A DNA stretch of 58,769 nucleotides, filler included, from Bacteriovoracaceae bacterium (lineage in GTDB: Bacteria > Bdellovibrionota > Bacteriovoracia > Bacteriovoracales > Bacteriovoracaceae), in NCBI GenBank assembly GCA_018649885.1. It is 3 parts of 3 records of this genome, joined end to end, with 100 filler letters (N's around TTAATTAATTAA, not from the genome) between each part and the next. Parts side by side here need not be neighbours in the genome. Positions count along the whole stretch, not along the records: positions 1 to 26,893 come from JABIHA010000114.1; 2 more parts are not named here. One strand, given 5' to 3'. The stretch's first letter is position 1. The number at the start of each line of letters is the position of its first letter. Shown piece after piece: positions 1 to 11,089 of the stretch. The notes below the pieces were generated by a model. That model was not told the origin of the DNA. It saw nothing but the letters and a program-made list of their open reading frames with translations, and did no database searches. A program made the position numbers and the translations under genes.

Positions 1-285
1 AAAATTAAAAAAGTTCTTAAAAAGCTTATGGCCGTCCGACTTCACCGTAGAAGTACAGAAGTTGGAGATATGGATAAGCAAGAAGTTCTTGAGGCAATGA
101 ATGAAGTTGGGCTTAATCCAGAAATGGCAGATGCCATTTTTAGACTAACAGCACTTTGTACTTTTGAAGAAAGATTTGTGATTCCACCTTCGCATAGAGA
201 AGAAGCGATCGAAATGACTAAAATGGTACTAGAGCATAAAGGAGAGGTGGGTTTTGGATTCACTGGAAAACCAGAAAGAATTTAG
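1..285 (+). CDS. narH: Respiratory nitrate reductase beta subunit, C-terminal fragment (5' truncated by the window)
   Basis: Frame is open from base 1. The ending 'IFRLTALCTFEERFVIPPSHREEA' resembles the NarH C-terminus, and narJ and narI follow directly. Confidence 0.88.
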   Translation, partial: KIKKVLKKLMAVRLHRRSTEVGDMDKQEVLEAMNEVGLNPEMADAIFRLTALCTFEERFVIPPSHREEAIEMTKMVLEHKGEVGFGFTGKPERI

Positions 286-856
286 ACACTCTATGGCTTC
301 TCAAAACGCTATGGCCACACCCTTATGGGAAGTCTTGGGCCATTTGATTGAGTATCCAAATAGTGAAAATATTTCTAGATTCGAAGAGCTCATGGCTCCT
401 GTAAAAAACTTTACACCCAAGTTAGCAGAGAAATTTGAAAGCTTTGTGGAGTTTACTAAGAATAAATCCATAAGAGAGTTGGAAGAGTTTTATGTGCCAA
501 TTTTTGATGTTCACGGCATATCTTGCTTGGACGTTGGATATGTTCTCTTTGGTGAAGAATATAAAAGAGGCGAGTTCCTTGTAAATATTTCGAGATTACA
601 AAGAGAATCAAATAATGAATATGGGCCTGAACTTGCTGATCATCTTCCTTACTTATTGAAGCTTTTGCCGAAGATGAAAAGTGGTGAAGAAAAAACTGAA
701 CTAGTGGAGTTAATTTTAATTCCAGCAGTTGAGAAAATGAAAGAGGCCCTCGTAAATCTAAAAGGCGCGAAATCAATTTACGGAATTCCCTTTTTAGTGA
801 TTTATGAATTTTTAAAATTAGAATTAGAAACCCTGAGTCGAGGTTCATCATGTTAA
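254..856 (+). CDS. narJ: Nitrate reductase molybdenum-cofactor assembly chaperone
   Basis: 'EYP', 'LEEFYVPIFD', 'LFGEEYKRG' and 'ELADHLPYLL' motifs of the NarJ/TorD family; lies between narH and narI. The start may be the ATG at 293. Confidence 0.88.
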   Translation: MDSLENQKEFRHSMASQNAMATPLWEVLGHLIEYPNSENISRFEELMAPVKNFTPKLAEKFESFVEFTKNKSIRELEEFYVPIFDVHGISCLDVGYVLFGEEYKRGEFLVNISRLQRESNNEYGPELADHLPYLLKLLPKMKSGEEKTELVELILIPAVEKMKEALVNLKGAKSIYGIPFLVIYEFLKLELETLSRGSSC

Positions 857-1536
857 ATGATTTTATCTTATTTGCCGTTTTCCCTTATGTCGCTGTTGGC
901 ATCGAATTATCAGTATCAATATTTAGGTACTATACCAATAGTTATCGATTTTCTTCCCTCTCATCCGAATTTTTAGAGGGCAAAGAACTTTTCTGGGGAT
1001 CGGTTCCTTGGCACTACGGTATTATTGTCGTTCTGTTAGGGCATTTAATTGGATTTCTCTTTCCTAAGGAAGTGCTGGCTTTTGGATCAGTTCCCATGAG
1101 ACTTCTAATTCTTGAAGTGACTGCCTTGATTTTCGGTATGATGGCATTCTGGGGCTTAATCTTTCTTCTTAAAAGGCGTTTTACTAATAAGAGAATTAAG
1201 GCCGTTACCGCCAAGATGGATATTTTTGTACTTGTTCTTTTACTAATACAGGTTGGAACAGGACTGGCGACTGCCATTCATTATAGGTGGGGGAGTACCT
1301 GGTACGCATCAGCGATGGTTCCTTATTTAAAATCGCTTTTTGTACTGAAGCCAAATATTAGTTATATAACTGGACTTCCATGGGTTGTTAAACTTCATAT
1401 TTTCAATGCCATGTTTTTAATTGCCATTATTCCATTTACAAGACTTGTTCACTTCTTAGTTCTCCCCATTCACTATATTTGGAGATCTTGGCAAATTGTA
1501 ATTTGGAATTGGGACAGAAAAAATATTAGAAAGTGA
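850..1536 (+). CDS. narI: Respiratory nitrate reductase gamma subunit (cytochrome b)
   Basis: Five TM segments; 'FPY', 'SSLSSEFLE', 'WHYGI..GH', 'KLH' and 'PFTRLVH' provide four heme-ligating His. Confidence 0.95.
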   Translation: MLNDFILFAVFPYVAVGIELSVSIFRYYTNSYRFSSLSSEFLEGKELFWGSVPWHYGIIVVLLGHLIGFLFPKEVLAFGSVPMRLLILEVTALIFGMMAFWGLIFLLKRRFTNKRIKAVTAKMDIFVLVLLLIQVGTGLATAIHYRWGSTWYASAMVPYLKSLFVLKPNISYITGLPWVVKLHIFNAMFLIAIIPFTRLVHFLVLPIHYIWRSWQIVIWNWDRKNIRK

Positions 1537-1575
1537 TAGTACTTTGAAAGTGGTTATATAAAGAGGCCAACAAAG

Positions 1576-2124
1576 ATGAAAAGACCATTTACCCTATTGA
1601 TCGTAATTATTGCCTTTGGCTTCATTGTGGCTGAGGTAGTTAAGAGTGCCAGAACAATTGGTTTTAATGAAGGGTATGAACCTGATCAACCTCTTCCGTT
1701 TTCTCACAAGATTCATGCTGGGGAAAATAAGATTAATTGCCAATACTGCCACTTTGGAGCAGATAAGGGTCGTCATGCCGGTATTCCTCCGACCCAACTT
1801 TGTTTAAATTGCCACAACCAAATAAGAAAAGATTCTGATGAGATACAAAAAATCCATACAGCTGTTAAGTCTGGTAAAGATATTGAATGGGTAAAAGTAT
1901 TACATTTTCCAGACTTTGCTTACTTCAATCACTCACAGCACGTTCGGCTTGGAAAAATTGAGTGTCAAACATGTCACGGAGTGGTTGAGGGCATGACAAG
2001 AATGAGACAAGTTGGGAAATTATCGATGGGTTGGTGTGTGGGTTGCCACAGAGAAAATGAAATTGCTCCACCAAATGATCACAAGAGAAAAACTGGCGGA
2101 GACTGTGCTAAGTGCCACTACTAA
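1576..2124 (+). CDS. actA: Alternative complex III pentaheme cytochrome c
   Basis: N-terminal TM; 'GYEPDQPLPFSHKIHAG'; five CxxCH motifs (CQYCH, CLNCH, CQTCH, CVGCH, CAKCH). Confidence 0.92.
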   Translation: MKRPFTLLIVIIAFGFIVAEVVKSARTIGFNEGYEPDQPLPFSHKIHAGENKINCQYCHFGADKGRHAGIPPTQLCLNCHNQIRKDSDEIQKIHTAVKSGKDIEWVKVLHFPDFAYFNHSQHVRLGKIECQTCHGVVEGMTRMRQVGKLSMGWCVGCHRENEIAPPNDHKRKTGGDCAKCHY

Positions 2125-2142
2125 TTTTATGGTAATAGGAAA

Positions 2143-5085
2143 TTGAGGAAAACAATGGAAGACAGTAAGAAAACAACCTCTAAAATCCAAGATACAAGAT
2201 CCAACGCAGGGGGGAATGGGTACTGGCAAGATGTACACCAAAAAGCTCTTTCGGAAGATGAATTAAAAAATGAGTTCATGGAAAGTGAGCAAGATCGTTT
2301 TGTGGCCGTTAAAAGCAGGAGAAGCTTTCTACAGATAATGGGCTTCTCGGTATCTGCACTTCCACTTGCTAGTTGCATGAAAATCCCTACTAAAAAGGCC
2401 ATCCCTTTTTTATATAAAAATGACACTATCGTTCCTGGTGTGGCGACTTGGTTTGCCACTACAACTAGAGAGTGCACAAGTGGATGTCACCTTCTTGTAA
2501 AAACAAGAGAAGGAAGGCCAATTAAGGTTGAGGGGAATGAAAAATCTTCTCATACTCGTGGTGGAACTTGTCCTCAGTGCCAGGCAAGTGTGTTGTCACT
2601 ATATGATTCCTATCGTTTAAGATCATCTATGGTTGATGGGGCTGGTAGAGACTGGGCAGGCTTTGATAGTGTGGTGGCCACAAAATTTGCAGCTGTTAAA
2701 GAACACAACCAAAAAATTGTTTTAGTTACACCAAGCACTAATAGTCCAACTGATTTGAACCTAATCTCTAAATTTAAAGAGCATTTTGGAAATGTTGATC
2801 ATATTTGTTATGACGCCATTTCTTACGGTGGTCTGGCCAAGAGTTATTCGAAAGCTTTTGGTAATGGCGCTCTTCCCAACTTTAAACTGGGGAATGCAAA
2901 ATTAGTACTTAGTTTCGGAGCAGACTTCTTAGGTTCTTGGTATTCTCCCATTAAATTTACAAAAGATTACTCAAAGCTTAGAGATCCAGGTTTAGGCCGG
3001 AATATGTTGAAGCATATCCAGGTAGAATCTGTAATGAGTTTGAGTGGCTCCAATGCCGACAAGAGGATTGTGGCTTCAAAGGCCAGACAAAGAGAAATGC
3101 TATCTCAGCTTCTCTCTCTTGTAGAAAGCGGTGGCGCGGCAGGTGGTAGAAGCACTGAAGTTCGAGATTTATATCAAAGCTTAGCAAGCTCCAGAGGAAA
3201 ATCTCTCGTTGTCTGTGGTGACAATGATTTTAAAACTCAAAATATCGTCATTAAAATTAATAAGGCCCTCGGAAATTTTGGAAAGACCATTGTGGCTTCA
3301 AAGTCTAGTCATCATAAATGGGCAATAGATAGTGAGTTCGAAGCTCTTGTTAATGGTCCAGGGCCAGCTGCTATTATCTTTTGGGGAACAAATCCTGCTT
3401 ACTCTTATCCTAAAGGGTCCAAATTTGCAGATTTTCTAAAAAATATTCCCGTGAGACTGGCACTTACTACTGCAGAGAATGAAACTTCTAAAATGTGTAA
3501 CTACGTTGCGGCCACAAACCACTCTCTTGAGAGTTGGGGTGACAGCATCACTCTTGATGGTGAGTTAGCATTTTCTCAACCTGTAATTCAAGCACTCTTT
3601 GGAACCAGAATGGCGGGAGAGACTCTTCTGGCCCTAATGGGAAGTAGTACAAAATATTATGATTTTATGAAGGAATTCTGGAGAAAGAATTTCTTTTCAA
3701 AGCAAAGCTCTAAGTTAAGTTTTGTGGATTTTTGGAATCACTCTCTTCACGATGGTGTGGTAAGCCTTGCTGGCACAGTTCAAGAGGTAAGCAAGTTTGA
3801 TAGCTCTATTCCCACCAATGTTAAAATTTCTAAAAGAGTTCCGGCTTCTCAATCATTAAGCATTGAGTGCTTCGAAACAAATGTTATGGGTGATGGATCT
3901 TGTGCTAACAATCCTTGGCTTCAAGAGCTTCCCGATCCTATAACAAAAATGACCTGGGGAAATGCCGCCCATATATCTCCAAGTACTGCCTCATCTCTAG
4001 GAATCGTTTCAGGAGATGTCGTTAAAATTAGTGGTGGCGAAAAAGCAATTGAACTACCTGCTATTGTTCAACCAGGTGTTGAGCCTGGAACTGTGGGCAT
4101 CAGTTTTGGTCACGGTAGAAGTGTCACTGGAAAAGTTGGGCTTGGACTTGGTGCCAATGCTTTTGGCTTTGTAAGGTATAACGGAGAGTGTTTTTCCCAT
4201 TTTGCCGAAGGTGGTATTAGCCTTGAGAAAACGGGACGAAAAGAAAAATTGGCCCAAACTCAAACTCACCATAGTATGGAGGGAAGAGATATTGTTAGAG
4301 AGCAAACTCTTTCAGAATTCCAGCATGGGACAGGACATAAAGGTCACGACGTAAAACTGATTTCCATGTGGAGTGACCGAGAGAAAAAAGGTCATCAATG
4401 GGCCATGGCCATTGACCTCAGTAAGTGCACAGGTTGTTCCGGCTGTATTGTTAGCTGTAACGCTGAAAATAATGTGCCAGTTGTAGGTAAAGAAGAAGTT
4501 ATCAACAGAAGAGAAATGCACTGGATGAGAATTGATCGTTACTATAAAGGTGATGATGCTAATCCTGAAGTTGTTCACCAACCACTAAATTGTCAGCACT
4601 GTGATAATGCTCCTTGCGAGACTGTGTGCCCGGTACTTGCTACTGTTCAAAGTTCCGATGGACTTAATCAACAAGTTTACAACAGATGTGTGGGAACAAG
4701 ATATTGTGCTAACAACTGTCCCTATAAAGTGAGACGGTTTAACTGGTTTAGATATCCCCATGAAGATCCAGTCGAAAATATGGTTTTGAATCCCGATGTT
4801 GCCGTTCGTGAACGTGGAGTAATGGAAAAGTGCTCAATGTGCATTCAGCGAATTCAAGAGGGGAAAATTGAAGCGAGAAAGCAAGGCAGAGAATTGCAAG
4901 ATGGCGATATAAAGCTTGCTTGTCAGCAAAGTTGTCCTGCTGATGCTATTGTCTTTGGTGACATGGCAAATCCTAAATCGAAAATATCAAGGTACTTAAA
5001 AGATAAGAGAAATTATACGGTTTTAGAAGAGCTCAACGTTAAACCTAGAGTTAGTTATTTAACCAAAATAAGGAATAAGGAATAA
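2143..5085 (+). CDS. actB: Alternative complex III ActB (molybdopterin-oxidoreductase-like domain plus Fe-S domain, TAT-exported)
   Basis: Early 'YWQ' motif, twin-arginine 'SRRSFL', '[10 protein letters not shown]', '[11 protein letters not shown]', and C-terminal ferredoxin motifs [32 protein letters not shown]...CQQSCP. Confidence 0.93.
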   Translation: MRKTMEDSKKTTSKIQDTRSNAGGNGYWQDVHQKALSEDELKNEFMESEQDRFVAVKSRRSFLQIMGFSVSALPLASCMKIPTKKAIPFLYKNDTIVPGVATWFATTTRECTSGCHLLVKTREGRPIKVEGNEKSSHTRGGTCPQCQASVLSLYDSYRLRSSMVDGAGRDWAGFDSVVATKFAAVKEHNQKIVLVTPSTNSPTDLNLISKFKEHFGNVDHICYDAISYGGLAKSYSKAFGNGALPNFKLGNAKLVLSFGADFLGSWYSPIKFTKDYSKLRDPGLGRNMLKHIQVESVMSLSGSNADKRIVASKARQREMLSQLLSLVESGGAAGGRSTEVRDLYQSLASSRGKSLVVCGDNDFKTQNIVIKINKALGNFGKTIVASKSSHHKWAIDSEFEALVNGPGPAAIIFWGTNPAYSYPKGSKFADFLKNIPVRLALTTAENETSKMCNYVAATNHSLESWGDSITLDGELAFSQPVIQALFGTRMAGETLLALMGSSTKYYDFMKEFWRKNFFSKQSSKLSFVDFWNHSLHDGVVSLAGTVQEVSKFDSSIPTNVKISKRVPASQSLSIECFETNVMGDGSCANNPWLQELPDPITKMTWGNAAHISPSTASSLGIVSGDVVKISGGEKAIELPAIVQPGVEPGTVGISFGHGRSVTGKVGLGLGANAFGFVRYNGECFSHFAEGGISLEKTGRKEKLAQTQTHHSMEGRDIVREQTLSEFQHGTGHKGHDVKLISMWSDREKKGHQWAMAIDLSKCTGCSGCIVSCNAENNVPVVGKEEVINRREMHWMRIDRYYKGDDANPEVVHQPLNCQHCDNAPCETVCPVLATVQSSDGLNQQVYNRCVGTRYCANNCPYKVRRFNWFRYPHEDPVENMVLNPDVAVRERGVMEKCSMCIQRIQEGKIEARKQGRELQDGDIKLACQQSCPADAIVFGDMANPKSKISRYLKDKRNYTVLEELNVKPRVSYLTKIRNKE

Positions 5086-5089
5086 TCCT

Positions 5090-6475
5090 ATGTCAGGTGA
5101 TAATCATATTGCAAAAATAAGGACTCCTTTGGTTACAAAGGACCGTAAGTATCGCCAAATATCAGATGATATTCTGAACAGTCTTGAGAAAGGCCCAGGC
5201 ATAAAATGGACTATATGTTTTTCCATATCTTTTCTAGTTCTATTAATGGGAATTGGTGTAATTGCTTATCAAATTAGCACTGGTATTGGTGTCTGGGGCC
5301 TTAATAAAACCGTAGGTTGGTCTTGGGATATAACAAACTTTGTATTTTGGGTTGGTATTGGCCACGCTGGAACTCTAATTTCTGCAATTCTTCTTTTGTT
5401 TAGGCAAAAATGGAGAACTTCAATAAATAGGGCCGCTGAGGCCATGACGATTATTGCTGTTTGTTGTGCTGGGATCTTCCCAATCATCCATATGGGTAGA
5501 CCTTGGCTCGCGTTTTGGATGTTTCCTTATCCAAATACTAGAGGGGACTTGTGGCTTAACTTTAGATCTCCACTTTTGTGGGATGTTTTCGCCATTAGTA
5601 CCTACTTAACTGTTTCAGCTGTCTTTTGGTATATTGGTTTGATTCCAGACCTCGCCACTGTAAGAGATAGAACTGATTCTCCACTTCGAAAAAAGATTTT
5701 TGCATTACTAAGCTTTGGATGGACTGGTTCACACAGAACTTGGCACCGTTACGAAATACTTTGTTTGATACTTGCAGGTCTTGCTGCTCCACTTGTTGTG
5801 TCAGTTCACACTATTGTGAGTATGGACTTTGCCACCTCTGTAATTCCTGGATGGCATACCACCATTTTTCCCCCTTACTTTGTGGCAGGAGCTGTTTTTT
5901 CTGGATTTGCAATGGTTTTAACTCTTCTTTTAATTACAAGAAAAGTGATGAACTTCGAGCATTATATTACCAAAGGTCATATCGATGCCATGTGCAAGGT
6001 ACTACTTGTTACAGGGATGATGGTGGGGCTTGCCTATAGCACTGAATTTTTCATGGCCTGGTATAGCGGTAATGAATATGAAAAATTCACCTTTATGAAT
6101 AGAGCAATGGGACCCTATGCTTGGGCTTACTGGACGATGGTTTCTTGTAATGTGATTTTTCCTCAAGTTCTATGGTTTAAAGCTGTAAGAAGTAATCTAG
6201 TGTTAGTCTTTATAATGTCGATTGTTGTCAATATCGGTATGTGGTTTGAAAGGTTTGTAATTATCACAACTTCTCTCCATAGAGATTATCTACCATCTAG
6301 TTGGGCGATGTATTCTCCAACTTGGGTTGAGGTCTGTACTTTTATTGGAACCTTTGGATTATTTTTCACCCTTTTCTTTTTATTTGTTAGGTTCCTACCT
6401 GCAATTGCAGTGGGTGAAGTGAAAAGTGTTTATAAGTTTGCAAGAAAAAATAAAGACCAAGTGGAGAATGTATGA
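5090..6475 (+). CDS. actC: Alternative complex III ActC (NrfD/PsrC family quinol-binding membrane subunit)
   Basis: '[23 protein letters not shown]', '[10 protein letters not shown]', 'NFRSPLLWD' and '[15 protein letters not shown]'. Confidence 0.95.
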   Translation: MSGDNHIAKIRTPLVTKDRKYRQISDDILNSLEKGPGIKWTICFSISFLVLLMGIGVIAYQISTGIGVWGLNKTVGWSWDITNFVFWVGIGHAGTLISAILLLFRQKWRTSINRAAEAMTIIAVCCAGIFPIIHMGRPWLAFWMFPYPNTRGDLWLNFRSPLLWDVFAISTYLTVSAVFWYIGLIPDLATVRDRTDSPLRKKIFALLSFGWTGSHRTWHRYEILCLILAGLAAPLVVSVHTIVSMDFATSVIPGWHTTIFPPYFVAGAVFSGFAMVLTLLLITRKVMNFEHYITKGHIDAMCKVLLVTGMMVGLAYSTEFFMAWYSGNEYEKFTFMNRAMGPYAWAYWTMVSCNVIFPQVLWFKAVRSNLVLVFIMSIVVNIGMWFERFVIITTSLHRDYLPSSWAMYSPTWVEVCTFIGTFGLFFTLFFLFVRFLPAIAVGEVKSVYKFARKNKDQVENV

Positions 6476-6990
6476 AAAAACGGTATATGCTTGGCGTTTT
6501 TGATGACGAAGAAGAGCTGGTGCATGCAACAGAAGAGCTTGTAAGTGCGAAGATAGAAATCTTTGATATCTACACTCCTTTTCCTGTTCATGGTTTAGAT
6601 GACCTTCTCAATATTAAAAGAAGTAGGCTTCCCATTATTACCTTCATAGCAGGGGTAATAGGACTTGTAGTTTCTATTGGTTTTCAGGTGTGGACTTCTG
6701 CTTTTTCCTGGCCAATTAATGTGGGTGGAAAGCCGATGTTTTCGATTCCGGCTTTTGTGCCTGTTTCATTTGAAGTAACTGTTTTATTTGGAGCCTTAAT
6801 AACTGTGGGATTCTTTTTTCTACGATCTTGTCTTTACCCAAGTAAAGTTGCAGTACTCTTTCACCCTCGCCAAACAGACGACAAATTTATTTTGGCCTTG
6901 GAGTGTAGTGGGGCCAAATTTGATGAAGAGAAATTAGGTGAAAAACTACGAGTGCTAGGAGCTAGCGAAGTAGATATTTCTTATAAATAA
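6472..6990 (+). CDS. actD: Alternative complex III ActD (DUF3341)
   Basis: '[10 protein letters not shown]', 'WPINVGGKP' and 'FEVTVLF'; overlaps the actC stop codon. Confidence 0.93.
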   Translation: MKKRYMLGVFDDEEELVHATEELVSAKIEIFDIYTPFPVHGLDDLLNIKRSRLPIITFIAGVIGLVVSIGFQVWTSAFSWPINVGGKPMFSIPAFVPVSFEVTVLFGALITVGFFFLRSCLYPSKVAVLFHPRQTDDKFILALECSGAKFDEEKLGEKLRVLGASEVDISYK

Positions 6991-6995
6991 TTAGG

Positions 6996-7550
6996 ATGTT
7001 AGGCGTGAAAACTTATCAATTTTCCATTTTTGTTTTGATCTTTTTAGTGGGATGTTCAAAAAACCCTAAAGAGAAAGGGTATGAGTTTATGCCGGAGATG
7101 GTGCACTCACAAGCTTATGAAGCATACTCAGATAATCCTGTAACAAAGAATAAGAAAACAATGCAACTTAAGGCTTTCGGCTCCATAGCTAGAGGTCATC
7201 TTCCTTTTACTTATGGAAGTGGTGATAAAGAAGCACAAAGGGCAGGGGAAGAATTGGTAAACCCTATTGCTTTCAATAAAGACAATGTGGCGAGAGGTAA
7301 ATATATGTATGAAATTTACTGCCTTTCTTGTCATGGAGTTTCAGGTGAGGGTGATGGCCCCCTAATTCCGAAATTTCCCAATCCACCAGATTTTAAGACT
7401 AAAAGGGTTCTCAGCTACCTCGATGGTAGGATGTACCACATTATTACTAGAGGCTCAGGTGATATGCCTTCTCACTCTGCTCAAATTTTCCCAGAAGATA
7501 GGTGGAAATTGATTCACTATGTGAGAGTAATGCAAAACCTAAGAAAGTGA
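6996..7550 (+). CDS. actE: Alternative complex III ActE monoheme cytochrome c lipoprotein
   Basis: Lipobox LVGC, 'FMPEM', a single CLSCH, and a distal 'MPSH...DRW'. Confidence 0.92.
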   Translation: MLGVKTYQFSIFVLIFLVGCSKNPKEKGYEFMPEMVHSQAYEAYSDNPVTKNKKTMQLKAFGSIARGHLPFTYGSGDKEAQRAGEELVNPIAFNKDNVARGKYMYEIYCLSCHGVSGEGDGPLIPKFPNPPDFKTKRVLSYLDGRMYHIITRGSGDMPSHSAQIFPEDRWKLIHYVRVMQNLRK

Positions 7551-7563
7551 TTGGAGATTATAG

Positions 7564-8736
7564 GTGAAAGATCAATTTAAAATTCCTACAAACAGAAAAA
7601 ATATGTGCATCGCAATGATTGTTCTCGGTGCTCTTGTTCTGGCCTATTCATTTTATTCACAAGGCACAAGGGCCTGGACCAATGTACTAATTAATAACTT
7701 TTATTTTACAACACTAGCGCTTGGAGGACTGTTCTTCATGGCCCTCACTGGAGTTGCTAAAACAAGCTGGATGACTCCCTATAAGAGAATTCCTGAGGCG
7801 ATGATGTCCTTTCTACCTGTGGCCTTGGTCTTAATGGCCGTTTTAGCTTTTTTTGGGATTCACTCTTTGTACGAGTGGAGTCATGTTGAAGTAGTCGCAA
7901 AAGATCCTCTTTTGTCTAAGAAAACCGCTTATCTCAATACTAACTTTTTCATTTTAAGAATGGTCTTTTTCTTTGGGATTTGGATCATTTTATCTAGAAT
8001 CTTCTTGAAGTTTTCTCATGCACAAGATTCAGGAGTGGATAAATCAAAGTCAATCGTAAAGGTTTCGGCCATCACATTAATTTTGTTTGGTCTTAGTTTT
8101 TCATTTGCCAGCTTTGATTGGATTATGTCCCTTGAACCCCATTGGTTTAGTACTATTTTTGCTATCTACACTTTTTCTGGGCTCTTTGTTTCTACAATTG
8201 CATTTATCACACTCACTATTATTATCCTTCAAAGCTTGGGTTATTTAAGAGATGCTGTTAACGAAAATCATTTCCACGATTTGGGCAAATGGCTTTTTGG
8301 GTTTTCAACATTTTGGGCCTATATCTGGTTTTCTCAATATATGCTGATTTGGTATTCAAATATTCCAGAAGAAACAGAATACTTTGTTCTAAGAGAGCAT
8401 CATAATTGGGATTGGCTCTTTTATTTTAACCTTCTGATTAATTGGCTTATTCCATTTTTTGCTCTAATGAGCAGAAACTCCAAAAGAAACAAATTCATAC
8501 TCTCTAGAGTGTGTGTTCTTCTTCTCGTAGGGCACTGGCTTGATATCTATTTAATGGTTTCTCCTAAGGTTTTCGAGATCCACGGGCTTGAAGCCACAGT
8601 GGGACTGGTTGAGATATTTACTGCCTGTGGTTACGCTGGGCTGTTTTGTCTAGTTGTGGGGAATTATCTATCTAAGCATAAGATAAAAAGTGAAGCAGAT
8701 CCTTTTTATAAAGAAGGGCTGCACTTACACCAGTAA
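7564..8736 (+). CDS. actF: Alternative complex III ActF membrane subunit
   Basis: 'KRIPEA', 'DWIMSLEPHWFST', 'HDLGK' and 'SQYMLIWYSNIPEET'. Confidence 0.93.
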   Translation: MKDQFKIPTNRKNMCIAMIVLGALVLAYSFYSQGTRAWTNVLINNFYFTTLALGGLFFMALTGVAKTSWMTPYKRIPEAMMSFLPVALVLMAVLAFFGIHSLYEWSHVEVVAKDPLLSKKTAYLNTNFFILRMVFFFGIWIILSRIFLKFSHAQDSGVDKSKSIVKVSAITLILFGLSFSFASFDWIMSLEPHWFSTIFAIYTFSGLFVSTIAFITLTIIILQSLGYLRDAVNENHFHDLGKWLFGFSTFWAYIWFSQYMLIWYSNIPEETEYFVLREHHNWDWLFYFNLLINWLIPFFALMSRNSKRNKFILSRVCVLLLVGHWLDIYLMVSPKVFEIHGLEATVGLVEIFTACGYAGLFCLVVGNYLSKHKIKSEADPFYKEGLHLHQ

Positions 8737-8970
8737 GTACATATTTTTTACTTATACTCTCTTGAAGTCAATCGACTCGGAATTAGTGTATTTTATGGTG
8801 TGGTATTGACTGCTTGTGGCCAGGAATGACTGTTTTGAGTGGCCCCGGGAATAGTCTATGAAAATACATTATAAAAAGTGAGACAGATCCTATTTTTGAA
8901 TGAGGTTTGGACTTACACCTATAGATACATACATTTTTTTATTTCTATTGTTCATAGTGAGGATTTTCTT

Positions 8971-10734
8971 ATGGAAGTTAAGAACAAGGCGACTAGAATT
9001 AATCTTTTTAGTCTTTCAACACCCCAAATGCGGGCCTTTCACATGTCGTGGTTTGCCTTCTTTTTGTGCTTTTTTGCATGGTTTGGCATTGCCCCCCTTA
9101 TGGCCATTGTTAGAGATGAGTTACACCTCACGAAGGCCCAAATCGGGAACACGATCATTGCTTCAGTTGCGATCACCATTTTGGTGCGGCTTTTTATTGG
9201 CTGGCTTTGTGACAAAATTGGGCCGAGGCTGTCTTATACTTGGCTTCTTCTACTAGCTTCTATTCCAGTCATGAGTATTGGTTTTGCCAACAGCTATGAA
9301 ACCTTTCTTCTTTTCAGACTGGGCATTGGCGCTATCGGTGCTTCTTTCGTGATCACCCAGTACCATACATCTGTGATGTTCGCTCCCAATGTTGTGGGGA
9401 CGGCCAATGCTACCTCCGCAGGTTGGGGGAACTTAGGTGGCGGTGTCACTCAAATGATTATGCCACTGGTATTTGCCGGCTTTATAGGTCTTGGATATTC
9501 CGATTTTTGGAGTTGGAGACTTTCAATGGTTGTGGCCGGAGCAGTTTGTTTTCTAACCGGTATTGCATACTATTTTTTCACTACCGATTTACCAAACGGA
9601 AATTTTAAAGACCTGAAAAAAAGTGGTGAGTTAGTTATCGAAAAAAGTGCTGGTGGAACCTTCATGCTCGCCGTTAAAGACAGAAGAGTTTGGGCACTAT
9701 TTTTTATTTACGCTGCTTGTTTTGGTATTGAGCTTACGATCAATAATATTGCGGCCCTTTATTATAAAGATTATTTTGGTCTAGGATTGAAGACAGCGGG
9801 TCTTGTTGCAGGCCTTTTTGGACTTATGAATATTTTTGCTAGAACAACTGGTGGAATTATTGGAGATAAGTTTGGACATAAAGGTGGACTCAAAGGCCGG
9901 GTAAAGTGGCTTTTCATGGCCCTTTTTGTAGAAGGGATCGCTTTAATGCTCTTTTCTAGAATGACCGTATTACCAATTGCCATTGGTACAATGATTATCT
10001 TTAGTCTCTTCGTTCAAATGTCTGAGGGTGCCACTTATTCAGTTGTCCCATTTATTAATAAAAAAGCGTTGGGTTCTGTCTCAGGTATTGTTGGTGCCGG
10101 TGGAAATATGGGAGCTGTAGCGGCCGGATTTTTACTTCGATCTGAAGGTTTAACTTGGCCCCAGTCACTCTTGATTTTAGGGGGATTAGTTCTTCTGTTT
10201 TCCTTTTTTACTTTTCTAGTAACTTTCTCTCCACAAGATGAGAAAAAGGCCAAAGAGGAACATGAGAAAGCGCTGATTGAAAGAAAAAGAATTGACGCTG
10301 CACACGAACCAACATTTAAGTTTCCATCACTTCCTGAAATCTGGGAGAGCATCAGACCAATGGATTTTATGAGAGTTTATCTGGGGATTGCGCTGGCAGT
10401 TAAAGGAATTTATTTTATTGTTAATATGCAAACTTTTGAAGCCGATATTTTGGGCAATGTAGATCATTTCCAAAACCTGATTGCTTGGTATGTGGTTTGT
10501 GTGAATACAGTTGGTGGAGTTTGTTTGGCCTTGGGTTTTGCTACTAGATGGGCCGCCCTATTTAATGTGCCAGTAATGATTGGAGCTGCGATATTTGTAC
10601 ATGGTGGATCAGGTCTCTTAGGGGCCAATAACGATCTTCAATTTACACTATTTATTCTCTTCTCACTGATTCTTCTTGCATGGAGAGGTTCTGGAAAATT
10701 TTCTTTAGATCATTACCTCAAGCACGAGGCTTAA
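8971..10734 (+). CDS. narK: MFS nitrate/nitrite porter (NarK/NRT2-like) fused to a C-terminal DoxX-like membrane domain
   Basis: Start moved to ATG 8971, which follows an RBS-like GTGAGGA. NNP motifs 'MRAFHMSW' and 'AGWGNLGGG'. After a charged linker comes a 4-TM DoxX-like domain ('RVYLG', 'LALGFATRWAAL', 'FVH', 'GSGKFSLD'). Confidence 0.88.
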   Translation: MEVKNKATRINLFSLSTPQMRAFHMSWFAFFLCFFAWFGIAPLMAIVRDELHLTKAQIGNTIIASVAITILVRLFIGWLCDKIGPRLSYTWLLLLASIPVMSIGFANSYETFLLFRLGIGAIGASFVITQYHTSVMFAPNVVGTANATSAGWGNLGGGVTQMIMPLVFAGFIGLGYSDFWSWRLSMVVAGAVCFLTGIAYYFFTTDLPNGNFKDLKKSGELVIEKSAGGTFMLAVKDRRVWALFFIYAACFGIELTINNIAALYYKDYFGLGLKTAGLVAGLFGLMNIFARTTGGIIGDKFGHKGGLKGRVKWLFMALFVEGIALMLFSRMTVLPIAIGTMIIFSLFVQMSEGATYSVVPFINKKALGSVSGIVGAGGNMGAVAAGFLLRSEGLTWPQSLLILGGLVLLFSFFTFLVTFSPQDEKKAKEEHEKALIERKRIDAAHEPTFKFPSLPEIWESIRPMDFMRVYLGIALAVKGIYFIVNMQTFEADILGNVDHFQNLIAWYVVCVNTVGGVCLALGFATRWAALFNVPVMIGAAIFVHGGSGLLGANNDLQFTLFILFSLILLAWRGSGKFSLDHYLKHEA

Positions 10735-10754
10735 ATTTAAAGTTTTTCATTAAT

Positions 10755-10793
10755 AGAGCGCTTAAGAGCACAACAGTTCTTAAGCGCTTTTTT
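10755..10793 (+). terminator. Rho-independent terminator after narK
   Basis: Stem AGAGCGCTTAAGA / TCTTAAGCGCTTT followed by a T run. Confidence 0.85.
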
Positions 10794-11089
10794 CGTTTGG
10801 CCCTTCAAATTCTTACTCCTGATTTTCGGCCATGAAAATTGGATTTGATAACGATAAAATAATTGTAAGAGCAGTTGAAAATAGTGACAGAAAAGGCCGT
10901 GCAAGCAACCTTGTAGTGCACAAAAAATGGGTATAAGACCTTGAAATGATTCGATGCGACTAGCTATAACCAACCTGATTCCTAGGGTTTATAATGATGT
11001 CAATATTAGTAAGGTTTAATTATTTTTAAATTGATTTCACTTTAGATAGTCTCTTTTACACAAAATAAAAATGTTTTGAACAAGACGCC

